Shown: one piece after another, positions 1 to 14,224 of the stretch
Numbering within the stretch: position 1 is the stretch's first letter
Layout: every line of letters starts with the position of its first letter
Assembly (NCBI RefSeq): GCF_009914755.1
Contig: NC_060926.1
Length of the DNA stretch: 64,000 nucleotides
Source: the human T2T-CHM13v2.0 reference genome, Homo sapiens
Reading direction: 5' to 3' (one strand)
Notes under the pieces: generated by a model
Told to the model about the DNA's origin: nothing
The model's database searches: none
Seen by the model: the letters and a program-made list of their open reading frames with translations, nothing else
Made by a program: the position numbers and the translations under genes

Positions 1-1960
1 GTTATGTTCCTTTGGTGATGTTATATTTCTTTGCTTTTTTATGTTTCTTATGTCCCTGCATTGATGTCTCTGCATCTGGTGGAACAGTTACTTCTTCCAT
101 ACTTTCTGGAGTGGCTTTCATATTGAATAACTTTTATAACTTTTACCTGCAGTTGGGCTTTAATGTTCTAGTTGGGAGAGTGTGGTTACTCTGTTGCTAG
201 ATAGATGCAGTGGTATATAGTCTTCATTCAGTTTCTTCAGCTGTGTTCACCATCAGCAATAACTGTGGGCACTTCAGTGGCCTACACTGTAGAAGTTTGT
301 GGCAGTGGCAGCAGCATAGGCTGTGAATGTCCTTGATGTCAAGGGCTTCTGGGATCCACCTGTTCTTGTTTTCATTACGATGGGGAGACTTAACTGAGTA
401 GATCCCTCTTGGTGTTAGGTGTGACGTGGCCTATAAGCAAGCAGCTTTAGTAGCACTGTGTTCCGGTTGCAGGTGCTTGGAGTGGTTGTGGGACCAGGGT
501 CCTAGGCTCATAGGCTTATGAACCTATTGTTGCACTTGGATCTTGGGGTACAGATTTGCTCTTTGGTGGGGTTGGATGTAGGTTGCCCACAGAGCCAGGA
601 CCTGTAACTTTTAGGCACCCCCTAGTAGCTGGGGCCCAGGGCATCAGGTCGTAGCTGAGATTCTACCCCTGAAGGGCAGGGCACAGCACTGACCTGACTC
701 CAGGGAAAAATAGTTGCTCTGGAGGTTTGATCCTGGGGAGCAGGGTGTGGCTGCAGTTCAGAGCTCAGTGGCAACTTAGGTCTCAGGGGATGAGGCATTG
801 TGTAGTAGTGACTCTAGACACTGGGATGGTGGGACTCAGCAGCAGCAGATACACAGCTGTTGTTTAGACCCAGGGTAGGGCAGGGAACAGTACAACAATG
901 ACTCCATTCCCCAGGTAAATGAATGTCTCAGCAGCTCAGACTCTAGGGGTCTAGTCTGGTCTAGGAAAGCAGAGTACTAGAGTTGTTTGGCTAGTAGGAT
1001 GAGGTGTCTAAGCGTAGCCACTGCTCTGTTTCCCTGGGACATGAGGTACTCAGCCCTGGGGTGCACAGCTGCTCAGCTTGGCCAGGACACTATTTCCCCA
1101 GGGGGCAATGTGCTGCTTCAGTTCAGGTTTGGGCGGGGTTGGGGGACAGTGGCGTGAGTGTTCCTGGCGGCCATTTCTCTGGGATGCAAGGTGCCACTTC
1201 AGCTTAGGTATTGGGGTGTGTGACTACTCTGAATATGTAAGGCAGTTTCCTGCAATTCAGGATGCTACTTCAACCTAGGCACTGGGGACGCATGACTTCT
1301 TTGAGCCGCTGAGGTACTATTTTTCTGGGAGGCAGGGTACCACTTCAGCTCCAGCCTGATGGGGTGAGAGGAGAGGTGGGTGAAGTGGCTTCACTTCTTC
1401 TTGGTTCTATGAGGAAGGGTTTAACCACTGTTTGTAGCTTGGCCTGGGGATGTGAGGCCACCGGGCTGGGATGATTCAGCAGTGGCTTAGCCTCAGGGAC
1501 AAAAGGGAGCCATGGCTACTTGCCAATGGAGCAAAACACGTTTCAGCCATAGTTCCACTTGCAAGATGGTGTAGCCACATGGGTCACAGGGGTCAGGGCA
1601 CAGTATTGGCTTCTTCTCTCAGGGGAACACAGTGGTGTTGACCCCAGACGGCTCCCTCAGCTGGTCTTTGTCCCTGTGGGGACTGCAGGGGTGAGGTCTG
1701 TAGGTGTCCAAGGTGTTAATGGGGGTTGGTTGTTGGGATCCTCTTGCTTGCCTCCTTGCTATAGAGAGAAGTTCTTCCTGGTTCCCAGCTGATCCCAGTT
1801 GGGAATGGGGTGGTGGAGGCCTGGCATTCCCTTCTGCTCTCTGTGTTGCCATTCTGAGTTCTATGCTCACCCTGGTTTCTGTTTCTCCTCTGATGCACTC
1901 CATTGCCCTTCTTCAGTTGTTTTTGTTAAAATATAGTTGTTTGTTCATTGTGCTGGCCAT
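1..1960 (-). mobile_element. Old LINE-1 (L1M-type) 5' region, probable
   Basis: GC-richer degenerate sequence resembling an antisense L1M 5'UTR/ORF1 start; contiguous with L1 ORF2 remnants. Confidence 0.45.
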
Positions 1961-1964
1961 CTTT

Positions 1965-3720
1965 TTCCAAGTTTATTCTTTTGCATGTGATATACAGTAG
2001 TATCAGCACCATTTGTTGAAGACTATCCTTTCCACATTCAATTGCCTTGACATCCTTGTTGAAAATCAGTTGACCATAAATATAAGGTTTACTTCTAGAC
2101 TTTCAGTTCCATTTTATTTATCTATATATCTTCTCTGATGCCAGCACCACATAGTCTTGATTACTGTAGCTTTGTAGCAAAATTTGGAATCAGGACATTT
2201 GAGTCCTCCAACTTTGTTCCTCTTTTTCAAGATTGTTTTGGCTATTCTTGGTTCCTTGTATTTCCATGTGAATTTAAAGATCACTTTGTTAGTTTCTGCA
2301 GAAAAGCAGCTGGAATTCTGATAGGGATTGTGTTGAATCTGTAGATACATTCATGGGGAATGTATATCTTAATATTAAGTCTTCCAATCCATGAATAGAG
2401 GTATGTATTTCCATTTACGCAGAGCTTTAAAATCTTTCAGTGGTGTTTTGTAATTTTCAATGTGCAAGTTTCACACTTCTTATGCTAAATTTATTCGTAA
2501 GCATTTTATTCTTTTTGATGCTATTGTAAATGGAATTGTTTTCTTAAGTTCATTTTGGATTGTTTATTGCAAGTGTATGGAGAGCTTCAATAGATTTTTA
2601 AATATTGATCTTGTATCATACAACCTTGCTGACCTTGTTTATTAATGCTAATAATTTTTTTTGTAGATTCCTTAGGATTTTCTATGTACTACATTATGTT
2701 CTCTCCAAATAGTTTTACTACTTTTTTCCCCAATCTGGATGCCATTATTTCTTTTTCTTGCCTAATTGCTCTTGCTAGAATTTCTAGTATGATGAGTGTT
2801 AAAGTAGTGAGAATGGATATCCTTGGTTTTTTTTGGATCTTGGGAGAAAACTTTCAGTCTTTCATCATTAAGTTTGATGTTAGTTGTGGGTTTTAGCCTA
2901 ATTTGCTAAGTGTTTAATCATGAAAGGGTATAGGCTTTTGTCAAATGCTTTTCTGCAACTATTAGATGTATGTGTTTTTTTCCTTTAGTCTATTAATGTA
3001 ATATATTACAGTATTCATCAGCTCAGGCTGCCATAATAAAATACGATAGACTAGGTAGCTTAAATCAGCGGTCCTCAACCTTTTTGGCACCAGGGACTGG
3101 TTTCGTGGAAGACAATTTTTCCACAGATGGGGTGGAGGGGTGGTTTTGGGATTTAACTGTTCCACCTCAGATCATCAGGCATTAGATTCTCAAAAGGAGC
3201 ACGCAACCTAGATCCCTTGCATGCACAGTTCACAATAGAGTTTACGCTCCTATGAGGATCTAATGCCTCCACTGATCTGACAGGAGGTGAAGCTCAGGTG
3301 GAAACGCTTGCTTGCCTGCCGCTCACCTCCTGCTCTGTGGCCCAGTTCCTAGCAGGCCACAGACCAATACCTAACAGCCCTTCTCACTGTGTCCTCCTGT
3401 AGCAGAGGGAGACGGCGATTTCTCTTCCTATTTTATAAGGCCGCCAATCCTATTGAAGATGTCGCTACTGTTAGGACTTCATTTAACCTAAATTACCTCC
3501 TAAAAGCCCTGTCTCCAAATATTAGGGGTTAGAACCTTAACATGTGAATTTTGGGGGGATGTAGTTCAACCTATAGCAGTTAGATTGATTGGTTTTCAGA
3601 TGTTAAACTTATTTTGCATCTGTGGGATAAATCCCACTTGGTCATGGTGTATAATCCTTTTTATATGTTGCTGGATTTGGTTTGCTATTAATAATATTTT
3701 GTTGACAATGTTTGCAGCCT
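1965..3720 (-). mobile_element. Old LINE-1 ORF2 fragments, interrupted by MLT1 and MER1
   Basis: Minus-strand ORFs with L1 ORF2 motifs KFTWKYKEPRIAKTILKKRNKVGG...YKATVIKTMWCW and [20 protein letters not shown]. Confidence 0.85.
3066..3375 (+). mobile_element. MER1-type hAT-Charlie MITE, inserted in an MLT1 LTR fragment (about 3010-3580)
   Basis: Starts cagcggtcctcaacctttttggcaccagggactggtttcgtggaagacaatttttcc, typical of the MER1 5' end. Confidence 0.75.
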
Positions 3721-3749
3721 TGTATTTCAAGGCTTTGGAGAACTGTAAA

Positions 3750-6290
3750 AGCAGTGAAGTAATATGGGGCCCATATCTAGTGAAGTATTTAACAGAAACA
3801 ATGGAAGCCAAAAGAAAGAAAACAACTGCCACCTAGAATTCTCTACTCAATACGTATATCTTTTAATAAGGAAGGTGAAATAAAACTATTTTCAGGAAAT
3901 AAAAATTAAGGGAATTTGTCACCAGCAGACTCTCACTAAAGGAAAAACTAAAAAGGAGTTCTTCAGGCAGAAGGAAAATGATTCCCGATGGAAGCTCAGA
4001 GATACAGGAAGTAATGAAGAACAGTGGAAAGGTAAATATGTAGGCAATCAATCTAAGTGAATACTGTCTTGTGGGATGAACAACAATGGCATATAAATTG
4101 GGAGGGGAGTAAATGATGTTAATTTCTAAGGACTTTGCATTGTTTATAAAGAGAATAAAAGTAACAAGTAATTTTAGGCGTTGACAGTTCAGGGTTGCTC
4201 ATTGTAATCTCTTACCAAAATAGACTATGAAAAGTCTGTAACTAACTACAGAGTTAACAGAAAAGGAAAAATTGAAATGATGAAACGTAGTCCACAAGAA
4301 GACAAGAAAGGAGAGGAAAAGGGATAGTTGTATAGGCAAGAGTAACAGATTGAAAAAGTTAAATACAACTCTATCAGTAATACATTAAGTGAAAATAGGT
4401 TTGATGCTTGAATTACAACTGTATTCAATATTTTGTCAGAGGTCCTAGTCAAAGAAATAAGGAAAGAAAAATAAAAATGATAAAGATTGGATAAGAAGAA
4501 ATAAAACTATTATTTATACACAACATGATGGTGGACATAAAAACTAAAAAGATATCTAGATAAACCATTAGAATCAATAAGTGATTTTAAAAGGTTGTTA
4601 CACTAATGTAAAAAGAAAGTGTATTTTTATATACAGATACCATGCAGAAAATGAGATAAAAAATCATTTACAATAGCATCAAAGAACATCAAAATCTAGG
4701 GAATAAACATAAGAAAATGTAAGATCTTTAAACTAGAAACTATAAACCTTGAAAGAAATTTTCATGTTCATGGATTGAAGAATCAATATTGTAAACATGT
4801 CAGTTCTGCCTAGATTGTTATATTTATCCAATGTAATTTCAATCAAAATCTCAGAGAAGTATTTTTTTTTAATGAAAAGCCAATTCCAAAAATAAATGTG
4901 GGAAAGTAAAAGGCTCAGAAGAACTAGGATAATCTTAAGAACAAAGTGAATAGATGTCCTCTATCAGATACTAAAACTTATGAAACTTTAGTCTTTAGTC
5001 TTTAAAATAGTGCAGTTTTGCTGCAGAGTTAGAAAGACCATGGAAAAAAACCAGGAATTCCAGAAACAGACACATTTATGGATGTCTGATTTGTGACAAA
5101 GGTGCTGCACAGCAGTGAGGACAGGACTTTCTTCAATAAATGATACTGGGTCAATTGAATATTCATATGGAGAGGAAAATGAAACTTTATTGCCGAATCA
5201 CCCTGCATATAAAAATCAGTTAGAAGTAGACTATGATTTGGCTACATGTTGTAGCCAAAATAGTAAAGCTTCTAGAAACAGGAGAAAATCTCTATGACTT
5301 TGATGGTAAAGAGAGATTTCTGGCCACAAAAAGCACTGACAAAGAAAAAAAGATAAAACCGGACTGCAATAAAGTTAAACAATGGAAGATGATTAAGAAA
5401 GTGAAAAGAAGCTGCAGAGAGGAAGATGGTACTTGAAACACATATAATTGAGCAAAGAACTGGTGTCCTGAATAGGGAATTTCTACAAGTCCATAAGGAA
5501 GAGACAGAACATCCATTTGAAAAACAGAGAGACTTGAACAGACCCAATGTAAAAGAGGATATCCAGATGGCTAGTAAATATGAAAAGCTATTGCAAAAAT
5601 TACAGATTAAGGCCACAGTGATATAACAATAAACATCCTTACAATAGCTAAAATTAAAGAGACTGACAATAGCAAGTGTTGATAAGGAGATAGGAATACT
5701 GCTGGTAGGGAATATAAATTTGTACAGCCACTTTGGAAGACTGGTCGGTAGGGAGTACTAAAGCTGAACATATGCAAATTTTATGACCCCGAAGTTTCAC
5801 TCCTAATAATGCACTCAACAAAAATGCATGCACATTGGCACCAAAAGACACATACAAGAAGGTTCTTCATAGTATTATTAGTAATAGCCAAAAGCTAGAA
5901 ACAACACAAATGTCCATCAAGAGTAGAATGAATAAATAAGATATGGCATATTCATACAATGAATATGCAGAAAAGAAAATGAACAGATTCAGCCAATATG
6001 TATGAATATCACATATATAATATTGAGTAAAATAAGCTGAATGCAATAGCATACATATTATATGACTCCATTTATATACATTTCAGAAAATTTCAAAACT
6101 ATAGTATTAAAAGTTAGGTAATAGTTACTTTTGGGGAAAAGGGAAGGGATTGGGATGGGGCATTACAGGGATTTCTGGATGCTTGTCAACTTTTTATGGA
6201 TAGATGGTAAGGATGTGTCTACTTTGTGATAGTTGATTGAGCTGTATGCATATGATTTGTGTACTTTATGTTATACATCAATTCAAAAAA
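3750..6290 (+). mobile_element. Old LINE-1 (L1ME/MC-like) fragments
   Basis: A-rich degenerate L1 ORF1-end, ORF2 and 3' motifs (gaatttgtcaccagcagac; catgttcatggattg; caaatgtccatcaa). Confidence 0.7.
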
Positions 6291-6394
6291 TCTAAAGGAA
6301 CGGATACCTTATAGGATGTAAATGAAGTTTTCTATTCACATTGCTTTTTTCTTTTTGCCTTGGCAGAGAGAGGACAAGGTTGGATTTTAGTATT

Positions 6395-6800
6395 TATTTT
6401 TGTAATTTCAGCTTTTATTTTAGATTCGGGGGGACACATGTCCAGGCTTGTTACGTGGGTATGTTGTGTGATGCTGAGGTTTGGGGTACAAATGATCCCA
6501 TCACCCAGCTAGTGAGCATAGTACCTGATAGGTAGTTTTTCGAGCCCTTTCCCCCTGCCCTGTCTCTCCTGACCCAGTGTCTCCCAGTGCCTTTTATTCC
6601 CATCTTTATGTCCACATGTACCTAATGTTTAGCTCCCACTTAAAAGTGAGAATATGTGGTATTTGGTTTTCTGTTCCTGTGTAAATTTGCTTAGGATGAT
6701 GGCCTCCAGCTGTATCCATGTTGCTGCAAATGACATGATCTCATTTTTTATGGCTGTGTAGTATTCCATGATGTATATGTACCACATATTCTTTATTCAG
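6395..6800 (-). mobile_element. L1PA/PB 3' end
   Basis: Antisense L1 3'UTR: ggggacacatgtccaggcttgttac...agtgagaatatgtggtatttggttttctgttcc. Confidence 0.8.
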
Positions 6801-7255
6801 TAACGTTGAATTTTAACTGAATATTTATTTGTTTCCTTGTGCATTTGTCCCCTTTAATCACCAGGCAGTCTAACTCTGGTGATGGGTCCTGGACAGTGGA
6901 GAGTTTCGTAGCAGGATTTTGAAAGCATCATAATTTAGATTGTTCCTGGGGCTAGGAGCACTAGCATGGACCTCTGAAGTCAACATGGAAGAAAATAATT
7001 CCAAGAGTTGTAACACAGTGGTCAGGAGCTAGCAACCTGATTTAAGTTCTTTAACACCTTTACCGTGATATTTTAAAATGTCTTTTCTAAGTATTGTTAA
7101 ATTAAAATGCACTATTAAATTATAAATAACATGTTAGAAATATGCCATTTGCTATTTGCTAGCATAATACAATGAAAGAGGATAAGCTTCAGAGTTAGAT
7201 TCAAATCCTGGCCTTGCTGTTTGCTCATTATAAAACTTTGGGCAGTTTACTCTAA

Positions 7256-7588
<333 letters not shown>

Positions 7589-8061
7589 CAGTTTACTCTA
7601 ATTTTTTGTGCCTTAGTCTTTTCGTGCTAAATGGGGACGATATTCTTACTCAGTGAAAAGTCAATGAAGATTACTGTGTAAATGGAATAGCACTGTGTTT
7701 GGTACATCATAGGTGCCCCATAGGTAGACTTTTTCCCATTCTGCTTGCTACTCCACTAAATAATATTAGTAAAGAAAGAATCTTTCTAACTGTAGAGAGA
7801 GTTACAAGACTGAAAAATTTAGTGTATTTATTTTAATTTTGTGTTTAAGTTGGGATTTTTAATTTCTGAAAGAAAATAAAGGTACCTTTTTTGTCAATCT
7901 TTGACCTCTTTTAATACAATAATCCAACCCTGTTCTCTCTCTTAACAGATTTTCATTTTAAAAAACATTTACTCATTGAAAAATATAAGAATTTATAAGA
8001 AAAATTGAAAAATTACCCATAACTGCACCACACTGATATCTGTACTAGTAAGGTTTGGTGT

Positions 8062-8543
8062 ACACTAGTCCCCCCTTATCTGTGGTTGGTTTCAGTTACA
8101 GCCAGATGTGGCTCGAAAATATTAAATGGAAAATTCCAGAAATAAATGGGCAAATAAATTGCATGTTATTCTGAGTAGCTTGATGAAATCCTTCGCTGCC
8201 ACTCATTGTCCCACTCAGGACATGAATCATCCATTTGTCCAGCGTATTCCTGCTGTCTGCCCATTAGTCACTCAGTAGCTGTCTTGGTTATTAGATCAAC
8301 TGTTGGATATCACAGTGCTTGTGTTCAAGTAACCCTTATTTTACTTTTATTACAGTATATTGTTATAATTGTTTTATTTCATTATCAGTTATTGTCATTA
8401 ATCCCTTACTGTGTGTAGTTTATAAATTAATCTTTATCATAGGTATGTAAGGAAAAACATATATAGGTTTGGTACTATCCACCGTTTCAGGCATCCACTG
8501 GGGGTCTTGGAACAAATTCCCTGCGGATAATAGGGGACTACTG
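8062..8543. mobile_element. MER44-type Tigger (TcMar) non-autonomous element
   Basis: Terminal inverted repeats c(a)ctagtccccccttatc ... gataataggggactactg, flanked by TA. Confidence 0.75.
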
Positions 8544-8631
8544 TAATTTCTTCCATTTACTTGTCTGTATGTTTTTAAACTGTAGTTTGACATGAAACCA
8601 TACGTGTGGTTTTTGCATTCCTCATTTTTTT

Positions 8632-8665
8632 CTAAATCCAGCGCCATAGACTGCTCGGCCACACC
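8632..8665 (-). pseudogene. 5'-half tRNA-Leu(TAG) retrocopy, copy 1
   Basis: Reverse complement is GGTGTGGCCGAGCAGTCTATGGCGCTGGATTTAG (3-nt deletion near the 5' end). Part of an 85-bp tandem duplication. Confidence 0.8.
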
Positions 8666-8716
8666 ACACTCATTTTTTCTTAATATGTAACGTTTCCCCA
8701 TGTTATTAAAAATTTT

Positions 8717-8753
8717 CTAAATCCAGCACCTTAGACCACTCGGCCACACTACC
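8717..8753 (-). pseudogene. 5'-half tRNA-Leu(TAG) retrocopy, copy 2
   Basis: Reverse complement is GGTAGTGTGGCCGAGTGGTCTAAGGTGCTGGATTTAG. This matches the tRNA-Leu 5' end through the TAG anticodon, with differences only at CpG positions. Confidence 0.85.
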
Positions 8754-9160
8754 ACACTCATTTTTTCTTAATATGTAACGTTTCCCATGTTACTTAAAAT
8801 TCTTTGTATTATTTTAGATAGCTGCATAGTATTACATCTTAGAGCCTATTATAATTGAAGTCTTTTACTGTTAGAAACTTAGGAGGTTTCCAGTTTTTTG
8901 TTATGCTATGATAATGGCATCTTTTTTGCATGAATCATTTACCTTTAAGACTATTTCCTTAGGCTGTACTTAGGGAAATCTCATTATTTTACCTAAGGGA
9001 AAGTAGTTTTATGGTTTTTAGATGCAAATTTCAGAATTGCTTTATAGAAAAGCTTTCAATTCATAATTTTACCAAGAGTATAGAAATGAATCCATTTTGT
9101 CGAACTCTCACTACTGAATACTGTCCATTTAAAAATATTCCATTTCTTTTTTCTTTATAG

Positions 9161-9288
9161 CATTTGTTCAGTGCTCAGCACAGGAGTTTGACCAGACAGA
9201 GTAGACGTCAAATATGTACCAGTAGTTTGATGGAACGTTTCTTACAGGATGTACTGCAGCACCACCCATATCATTGTCAAGAGAGCAG
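9161..9288 (+). CDS. ZDBF2: ZDBF2 internal coding exon (C-terminal half of the DBF4-type zinc finger)
   Basis: Acceptor: pyrimidine tract tttcttttttctttatag|. Donor: AG|gtaaag. Translates [42 protein letters not shown] plus AG (128 nt). The AG joins T at 16632 to give Ser and continues in frame into the 2284-aa ORF. Confidence 0.93.
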
Positions 9289-9589
9289 GTAAAGTAGTTG
9301 ATTGGAATAATATTTATACGTAGTTATATGTTACAGTAGGTGTTTGTGTTCATGTCCCAATCAATACTTTAAGTGAATCTTTGAGTCAAGGAATATAAAG
9401 TAAAATTTTAGTAACTTTCATTTGCAATTTAAAATTTTTCTTAGCTGAAGTAAGAAATTTCACTACAGAAGATATGGACTACACTATGTTTTTTTCTAAA
9501 TAAAAGTCTTAGGCTAATAATTATATATCATTAAGATGTTTTATAAGTATGTTATAGGATTAAGCAGGGGGAAAAGGAGGAAGAGATAG

Positions 9590-9894
<305 letters not shown>

Positions 9895-10428
9895 AAAATG
9901 GTTTTTAAAAGGTTAGCAACAGAAAAACTGGTGACAATAGCAGAGTAAGGACAATCAAGTCAAAACTGAGTCAAATCCACATTAATAGAACTCTTTGCTA
10001 ATTCTGAGGAAAAGAGGTAGCCAAAAGAATTGGGTTTTTAAATCTGTCTGTATTTTGATAGCTTTTCTTGTATCCATTTGTTTTAGTTGTTTTTAATAAA
10101 AATAATTATTTTGATAACATTTAAGAGTTAATGCCCTATGTTAAAGAAAAACATTGGTAGAAAATCAGATTAAATATTATAATATGTTTGTAGCTCCCGC
10201 TGTACAAGATAAGGTAAAAATCGATCATTAGCACATCTGTGCAGTTAACTGAGATGTGCACCAGTTAGTAGAAAAAGGGATAAACTTCTTTGCCTTGCAA
10301 ATCACTAACATAGACCTTAGAAATGGCAAAAATATTTTAATGGGGAAAAGTTAGAGGAAAACAAGATGGTTTCTTAGCTGGTGGGAAGATAGAATTAGCC
10401 TATCCTGGGGTCAGTATAAATTTCCAGG

Positions 10429-11117
<689 letters not shown>

Positions 11118-11257
11118 TAGCTTGCTAGAATTTGAAGTTCTGGGTCAGAGTTTACGGACCTTAAAAATTTTTTATTTTTATTTTTTATCTTTCCTTTCTG
11201 GAATAATTTCAGGCTAACAAAAATGTTGTAAAACTGGTACAAGAAATTCTTGGATCA

Positions 11258-12135
<878 letters not shown>

Positions 12136-13929
12136 CTAACAGCTAATCTGTAGACCTTGTTTAAATTTTGTTGGTTGTCTTAACTCATGTCCATTTCTTG
12201 GACCAGGAACCAGTCCACAATCACACGTTGCATTTCGTTGTCAGCATCTCCTTAGTTTTCCTTTATCTTAAATAGTTCCTCAGTTTGTCTTTGTTTTTAA
12301 GACCATGATACTTTATTTATAGAGTACTGGCCAGTTAATTTATAGGATAGCCTTCAATTTGTGTCTGCCTGATATTTTCTTATGATTAAACTTCGGTTAT
12401 GCATTTTGGGCGTGAATATCTTAGAATCGATGTGCCCTTCTCAGTGTGTAGCATCAGGAGACACATAATGTTGCCGTGTCATTTTGGGTGATGTTAGCTT
12501 GAGCCACTTGATTAAGGTACTACTGTCTGCCAAGTTACTCCACTGTGAAGTTACTGTTTTTCCTAATTAATAAGGATCGTATGGGGAAGAACTTTGAGAC
12601 TATGTAAATACCTTGTTTCTTATCTTACTTTTGCCCACTGATTTTATGCAACCATTAATGATTCTTTGATCAAAATTCTACCATAAAGGAGATCTTCACT
12701 TGTTCTTTCACTTATTCAAGTATTTAATACTTATTTATATCATTATAGACTCATGGATATTTCCTTTATTCTATGGGTTTTAATTTGTTACTATTTATTA
12801 TTTATTTTGTTGCTCAAATTGTGTATGAACATTTGAAGTCCTTGCTAGACACTTCCTAGAAGGCTATACCAATTTATACTCACACCAGCAGCATAAGAGA
12901 ATGCTCGTTTCCTGTCACTGTTGCTAACACTGGGATTATCAGCTTCTTTTTTCCCTCCCAACCTAATAGGCCAAAAATGTGTAGATATACATACTGATAA
13001 TCCCATATTATCTATTTTCAGGTAGAACTTTTTTGTATACTGATTGGCCATATTTTATTCTATGATATGTTTGTTAATATACTTTGCCCATTTTTCTATG
13101 GAGTTCTTTGTATATTTTGGCTTTGTAAGAAATATTTGAGTATGAGTAATATCCTTTGTATTTTAAATGTGTTACAGATTTTTTTCAGAACCTAATTGTT
13201 TGTCTTTTAACTGTATATGTTATTCTTTATTATACAGAAATTAAAATTTTTGATTTAATCAGATGTAAGGAGAATTTTTCTTTATGGCTTCTTTTATGCC
13301 TTTTTCTTCATGCCTTTGTTTTTTCTTTTAAATATTTATAACCATCTTGGAGTTTGTTTTTATATGTGGTGTGAGGCAGGACTTCTTGTATCTCTAATTA
13401 TCCTTGCTGATATAAAATGTCACCACCTGTGTCATAACCCGAGTTCTTGTATTTGTGTATATGTGTGTGTGTATATCTCATTTTGAATACCATTTTGTTT
13501 CCTTGATTTAAAAAAAATCCCATGCCAATAGTACATTATTTTATTATGTATGTATAAACTTTCTAACTTATAGGATTTATGATTTTAAAACATTTCCTTT
13601 CTGTTTCCCCCTTGTCTAGACATTGTAAATTTTTCTATTTTAGCTCTCCTGAAAATCAGTTCTTGCTTTATTTTTGTTTCATCTTCATTAATTTTTTCCT
13701 TTTCTTCATGTATTTCGTCTACCTTTTTATGGGGGCAATTTGGTTGTTATCTTTTTCGTCTTAAATTGGGTGCCCAGTTGTATTTATGAATTCTTTTCTT
13801 AATGGAAGTATTTAAAAATATGATGTTTTTATTTTGGCCATATCTCATAGTTTTTATTTCTTTTAGATAATTTAAAAAATGTTTTTTTTTTTTAGCTCAA
13901 GAGTTTTTCTTTTTAGCTCAAGAGTTTAG

Positions 13930-14224
13930 CTGTTTTTTGTTCGTTTGTAGGTCTCACTCTGTGGCCCAGGCTGGAGTGCAGGGTGTGATTATAGCTCACT
14001 GTAGTCTCAAAGTCCTGGGCTCAAGTGATCCTCCTGCTTCAGCCTCTTGAGTATCTGGGACTATAGACATGTACCACCATGCCTGGCTTATTTTTTAAAT
14101 TTTTTGTAGAAACAGGATCTCATTATGTTGCCAAGGCTGGTCTCAAACTCTTGGCCTCAAGTGATCCTCTCACTTGAGTCTTCCAAAGTGGGGGGATTAC
14201 AGGCATGAACCACCACACCTGGCC
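13930..14224 (-). mobile_element. Alu (J-type)
   Basis: Diverged antisense Alu (gctcactgtagtctc...cctgggctcaagtgatcctcc). Confidence 0.9.

Larger units (their letters stand above)
8628..8803. repeat. Two-copy tandem duplication, period 85 bp
   Basis: ctaaatccag...cacactcattttttcttaatatgtaacgtttccc(c)atgtta occurs at 8632 and 8717. Confidence 0.9.

Noticed and set aside
600-1900. GC-richer stretch as a CpG island or imprinted DMR
   Set aside because: It is CpG-depleted (TG/CA-rich) and best explained as an old L1 5' region; the known ZDBF2 promoter and DMRs lie upstream of this window.
6820-7060. Possible alternative ZDBF2 exon after the acceptor-like ttgtcccctttaatcaccag (6864); similar acceptor-like sites at ~7949 and ~15163
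   Set aside because: No convincing donor site or recognisable reading frame; cannot be supported without transcript data.
8628-8803. CRISPR-like repeat-spacer or functional tRNA gene
   Set aside because: Only two units, with the 'spacer' duplicated as well, in eukaryotic DNA; the tRNA part lacks the T-arm/B-box and the 3' acceptor strand.
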